Below are positions 61,001 to 64,000 of a DNA stretch of 64,000 bases, piece after piece. The number at the start of each line of letters is the position of its first letter. Position 1 is the first letter of the stretch. The notes under the pieces are model-generated. The model had not been told where the DNA came from. It did not search any database and saw only the letters and a program-made list of their open reading frames with translations. The stretch comes from Klebsormidium nitens (taxonomy: Eukaryota > Plantae > Klebsormidiophyceae): positions 186,001 through 250,000 of the forward strand of contig DF236991.1 of the NCBI GenBank assembly GCA_000708835.1, read 5' to 3'. The translations under genes and the position numbers were made by a program.

Positions 61001-63011
61001 CTCAGAACGGATAACCGGCACCTGCATCGATTGAACCCTTGACGAGGCACTCCGCTGCCTCTTGTCAGAAGCTCCTATGCAGGTCGCTCATGCGCTGCCG
61101 CAAGGAGCTGCAAACAGTTTCAAGAGATAAGCTGCGGTTAACCCTGAAAATGCTGAATCAGGACCGCGTCGACCGAACTACAGACTAGGCCCTCCACGGC
61201 TTCTCGTCAGCCAGCTCCTTATGCAGGTCGCTTACGAGCCGCCGCAAGGATCTGCCCATGAGTTAGGGACATAAGCTGTGATTAATTCTCAAAATGCTAA
61301 AACGGCACCGCCTCCACCGTACCACGACAAGGCCCTCTCTGCTCCACCGCTGCTTCTTATCCGACAGCTCCTTGTGCAAGTTGCTTATGCTCAGTTTCAA
61401 AAGTTGGGCAGGGTCAGAGAAGCAAACGCTTGGTTAGCAGTTAGCCCAGACAGCTCCTCGAGCCAAATGTCTATGTGGTGCTGCTTAACCTGGGGAGGGT
61501 TAGGAAAGCTGATTGCAAGCAGCCCTCGGATGGTTTAGGAAGCGAAGAGTACAAAAGTTGTGGTTACATTGAATGAGGTTGGCCATTCCACGTCACTTAT
61601 CGGCAGACCGCATGGTGCGCAAGTTGTGTAGTTGCTTCTGTACCAACCTGAAGAAGGTTAAAGCTTTGATGGACAGAATCACAAATCTCAAAGGTAAACG
61701 AATGCTGTGAAGGCCTGCGTGTCTGACTTAAAACGCGTCATAAGGCTTGTTGTTCGATCGCCTACGCGCCCCGGGAAGGATATCAAACACAGATGTGACT
61801 GTGGCTTCTGCTTCAGAAAGACTGACAAGATGAATACTTCGGTCAAGAAAGTCAGAGTTCACCAAGCCTTTCACTTGTTAAGCTCATTGCGCGGGTCGCT
61901 GACTTCCTTTCAGATTCTGACCAGCATCGAAAGGATCCTGTCATGCAATCTCAGAACGGGAAATCACCAGGTACTGGCAGCGGCGCCTCTTATTCTTCCA
62001 ACTAATGTTCACCAGAGTTGCAACGCCACCATTATGTACAGTACAACTCTGTTCCTGATAATCATAGGATCGCTGACATCACTCACTCTAAGAATGCGGG
62101 TTTGTCCTGCACCGACAGCAGTCGCCTCCCACCCTCTTATTGGTGTTTCACAACAATGACATCATCACCCTGTGCACTGGCACAATTCTGTTTGAAAATT
62201 GTAAAATTGCTGACATCACTCACTCTAAAAATGCGGGGTTGTCCTTCACCGGCAGCGTCGCCTCCCACCCCTCGGACAAATTCTTGAGCAGTTGTACGCA
62301 GTGCTTGGTGCCGATAGACAGCCCCGGTAGATAGCTCAGCAGAAACGCCAGCAACTGAAGGGGCTCGTTCACTCCCTCCCTGCTGGGGAACTCTGTCGGC
62401 CAGGGGACCCTTTCCAGGAGCGCGCTCAGTCGCTCAGTGTCGCTCCAGGCCGCTTTCCCGAGTGCGAAGAATTCATTTTTGACCTTGAGGGGAGTGTCGT
62501 AGAACCCGTTGGTCGGAGTGATTGAGACCATCTCGGCAGCTCGAAGGCAGCCCTCAATGAGTTCGGCTTCCTCTTGTCTGAGCAAAGAGAAGCCGGCAGG
62601 CCCCACAACAACAACTTGCAAGACTGCTTCTAGAAATCCCGCCAAAACACCCGCCTTCAGCGCTTCCTGCTTATTCGGCATTACCTGCTTGCAAACGTCC
62701 TCGAACAGGTCCGCTAGAATCGTGACCAACCCTCGGTTCTTTGGGTGCATTTGCAGCGCTTTTGCGGCGGTGGGGACAAGCCGCCTCAGGGGAAACTCCG
62801 GCAGCTCAATCCAGCACCAGTGAAACCTCTTCATGGACTCCTTCAACTCTTTGGTAGCTTTCAACTTCAGGGCTTCCTCCCAGTAGCGAGGGATCAGCGA
62901 CGCAACGGCCATGAAGTTTTCTGTGAGGACATCTGCATTGTCCTCATTGTCCTGGATGATATCGAAGTGCCGCCGGAGGCTTTGCACGACCTGAGCGGCA
63001 GCCATCAGCCC
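58030..63011 (-). CDS. Helical (ARM-like) protein with C-terminal zf-MYND finger; 5' exons uncertain (possibly to ATG at 63480)
   Basis: Phase-consistent exons 63011-62224, 60964-60764, 59130-58860 (..CARC....KKCGQCARVHYCGPE) and 58119-58030 (CQKLDWPEHKKEC..stop). The MYND signature CxxC..CxxCxxxxYCxxxCQxxxWxxHKxxC is assembled across the last intron. Confidence 0.85.
59095..60375 (-). repeat. About eight tandem echoes of the acceptor plus 5' end of MYND-gene exon 59130
   Basis: tgggtgatgacggccgggtggttgct.gtctcgcggaag..cgcggtcagcccttcgtgca.gaagatct.gctgcag repeated near 59220, 59390, 59552, 59720, 59900 and 60048, degenerate near 60165 and 60310. Period about 165 bp. Confidence 0.95.
60890..61400 (-). 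repeat. Three echoes of the acceptor plus 5' end of MYND-gene exon 60964
   Basis: ctcct.atgcaggtcgct.a...g.cgccgcaagga.ctgc near 61070 and 61205, and a degenerate copy near 61340-61395, versus the true copy at 60925-60970. Confidence 0.82.
62070..62275 (-). repeat. Echo of the 3' end plus donor of MYND-gene exon 63011-62224
   Basis: gctgacatcactcactctaa.aatgcggg.ttgtcct.caccg.cagc.gtcgcctcccaccc at about 62072 and 62209 (true). GA|GTGAGT is retained in both. Confidence 0.9.
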
Positions 63012-64000
63012 CTGCAACCGCGTTGCGCCCCAGCAAACAACGGCAATGAGTGGATCCCAATCAGCTCAGCCACAAAGCTGGCAACACAACTCCACTTTCT
63101 GCACGGGCAGAATCTACTTGCCCTTGGGCCTTGCCCAGTCTACCTTGCCACCTTGCTTGCGTGTACTTAGGGCAGTTACTGAGTTAGGCTTAGCTACAGT
63201 ACACCTAGGTTTCCTTGCATGCCTTGAAGGCCGCCTTCAAAATTTTGCCGCCCTGAATGTGCTTCTCCAGCTAGAAGAACGGCGTCACAGCGGCCGCACC
63301 CGTCACTGCCAACAGGCCCAAAACACCTCTGCCAAATCAAAGAGCGTTGACACCTTGTCTGAGAACCGGCTATATTGAGGTACCGGTATTGGTCACGACT
63401 CACGAGGCCGGCCGCGGTACGAAGGTTCGGCGGCCGCGAGAAGCGACACCTGCGCTCGGCTTGGCGTCTGCTGACGCCATGATGACGAGCACCAAACTTT
63501 CTATGTGATTCCGTCAACGCCGTCGATGGGCGGATCGGCGGTTCACATCCATCCATAGTTTTTTCTGACAGATCCTCCCTCGTGCCCGAAGATCTGGTTG
63601 TAAACAATCATTCGATTGTCACAGCCTGAGGCTCCGAGCTGCCCGCCGGCCGGAGCGGACTTACGTGCGCAAGATGCAAAATGTACCCTCAATAAGCAGA
63701 TTGCCGAAACACTTTCAAGCCGTCAATTTTCGTCGTTTCCTCAGCATCGACTGTCACAAGGGATTCTACTTGTGACTAAGATTGGGTACACTGAAAAGAA
63801 ACCATATGTCAGAGATCCTACCTATGGGAATTGGAAGGTCATAGGCCGTAGCCCAGGTCTGCACTCAGGAAAAGGCAATATCGTAACCATTTGCCGGTGT
63901 ATAGCGGTGGTGTCAAACCGACTATCTTTCATATTATCCTACATTCCTTGACACTGTATGTTGGAGTACAGGTTTTTACTGGTGCAGCTACACGAGTATT

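Noticed and set aside
1-64000. rRNA, tRNA, autonomous transposon or prophage features
   Set aside because: None recognised by eye. A covariance-model or TE library search could still find small RNAs or old fragments.

Overview
Intron-rich eukaryotic genomic DNA, most consistent with a streptophyte alga such as Klebsormidium. This is an inference from GT-AG introns, a land-plant-type FKGP and ASNSD1, and an interstitial (CCCTAAAA)n telomere-type tract. Spliced genes reconstructed by hand, left to right: a PRXL2A/SelU-like AhpC/TSA antioxidant gene (-, runs off the left edge); a 13-exon membrane hybrid histidine kinase-receiver gene with degenerate kinase boxes (+); bifunctional fucokinase/GDP-fucose pyrophosphorylase FKGP (-); ASNSD1 (+, head-to-head with FKGP); two tandem paralogous 3-exon alpha/beta-hydrolase-fold membrane proteins (-); a frameshifted two-repeat ORF (+); and a helical protein with a C-terminal MYND finger (-). 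The most striking unexplained structure is that introns in six genes from five unrelated families carry tandem, progressively decaying copies of the adjacent exon-intron junction ('exon-edge echoes', mostly 105-180 bp period). These copies usually keep the AG or GT splice dinucleotide, and the functional exon is always the terminal copy of the array. One echo forms an open alternative terminal exon that would remove the receiver domain from the kinase. Most short ORFs in the supplied track are shadow or intronic frames. Exon boundaries were deduced by eye from homology and phase checks, without transcript data.
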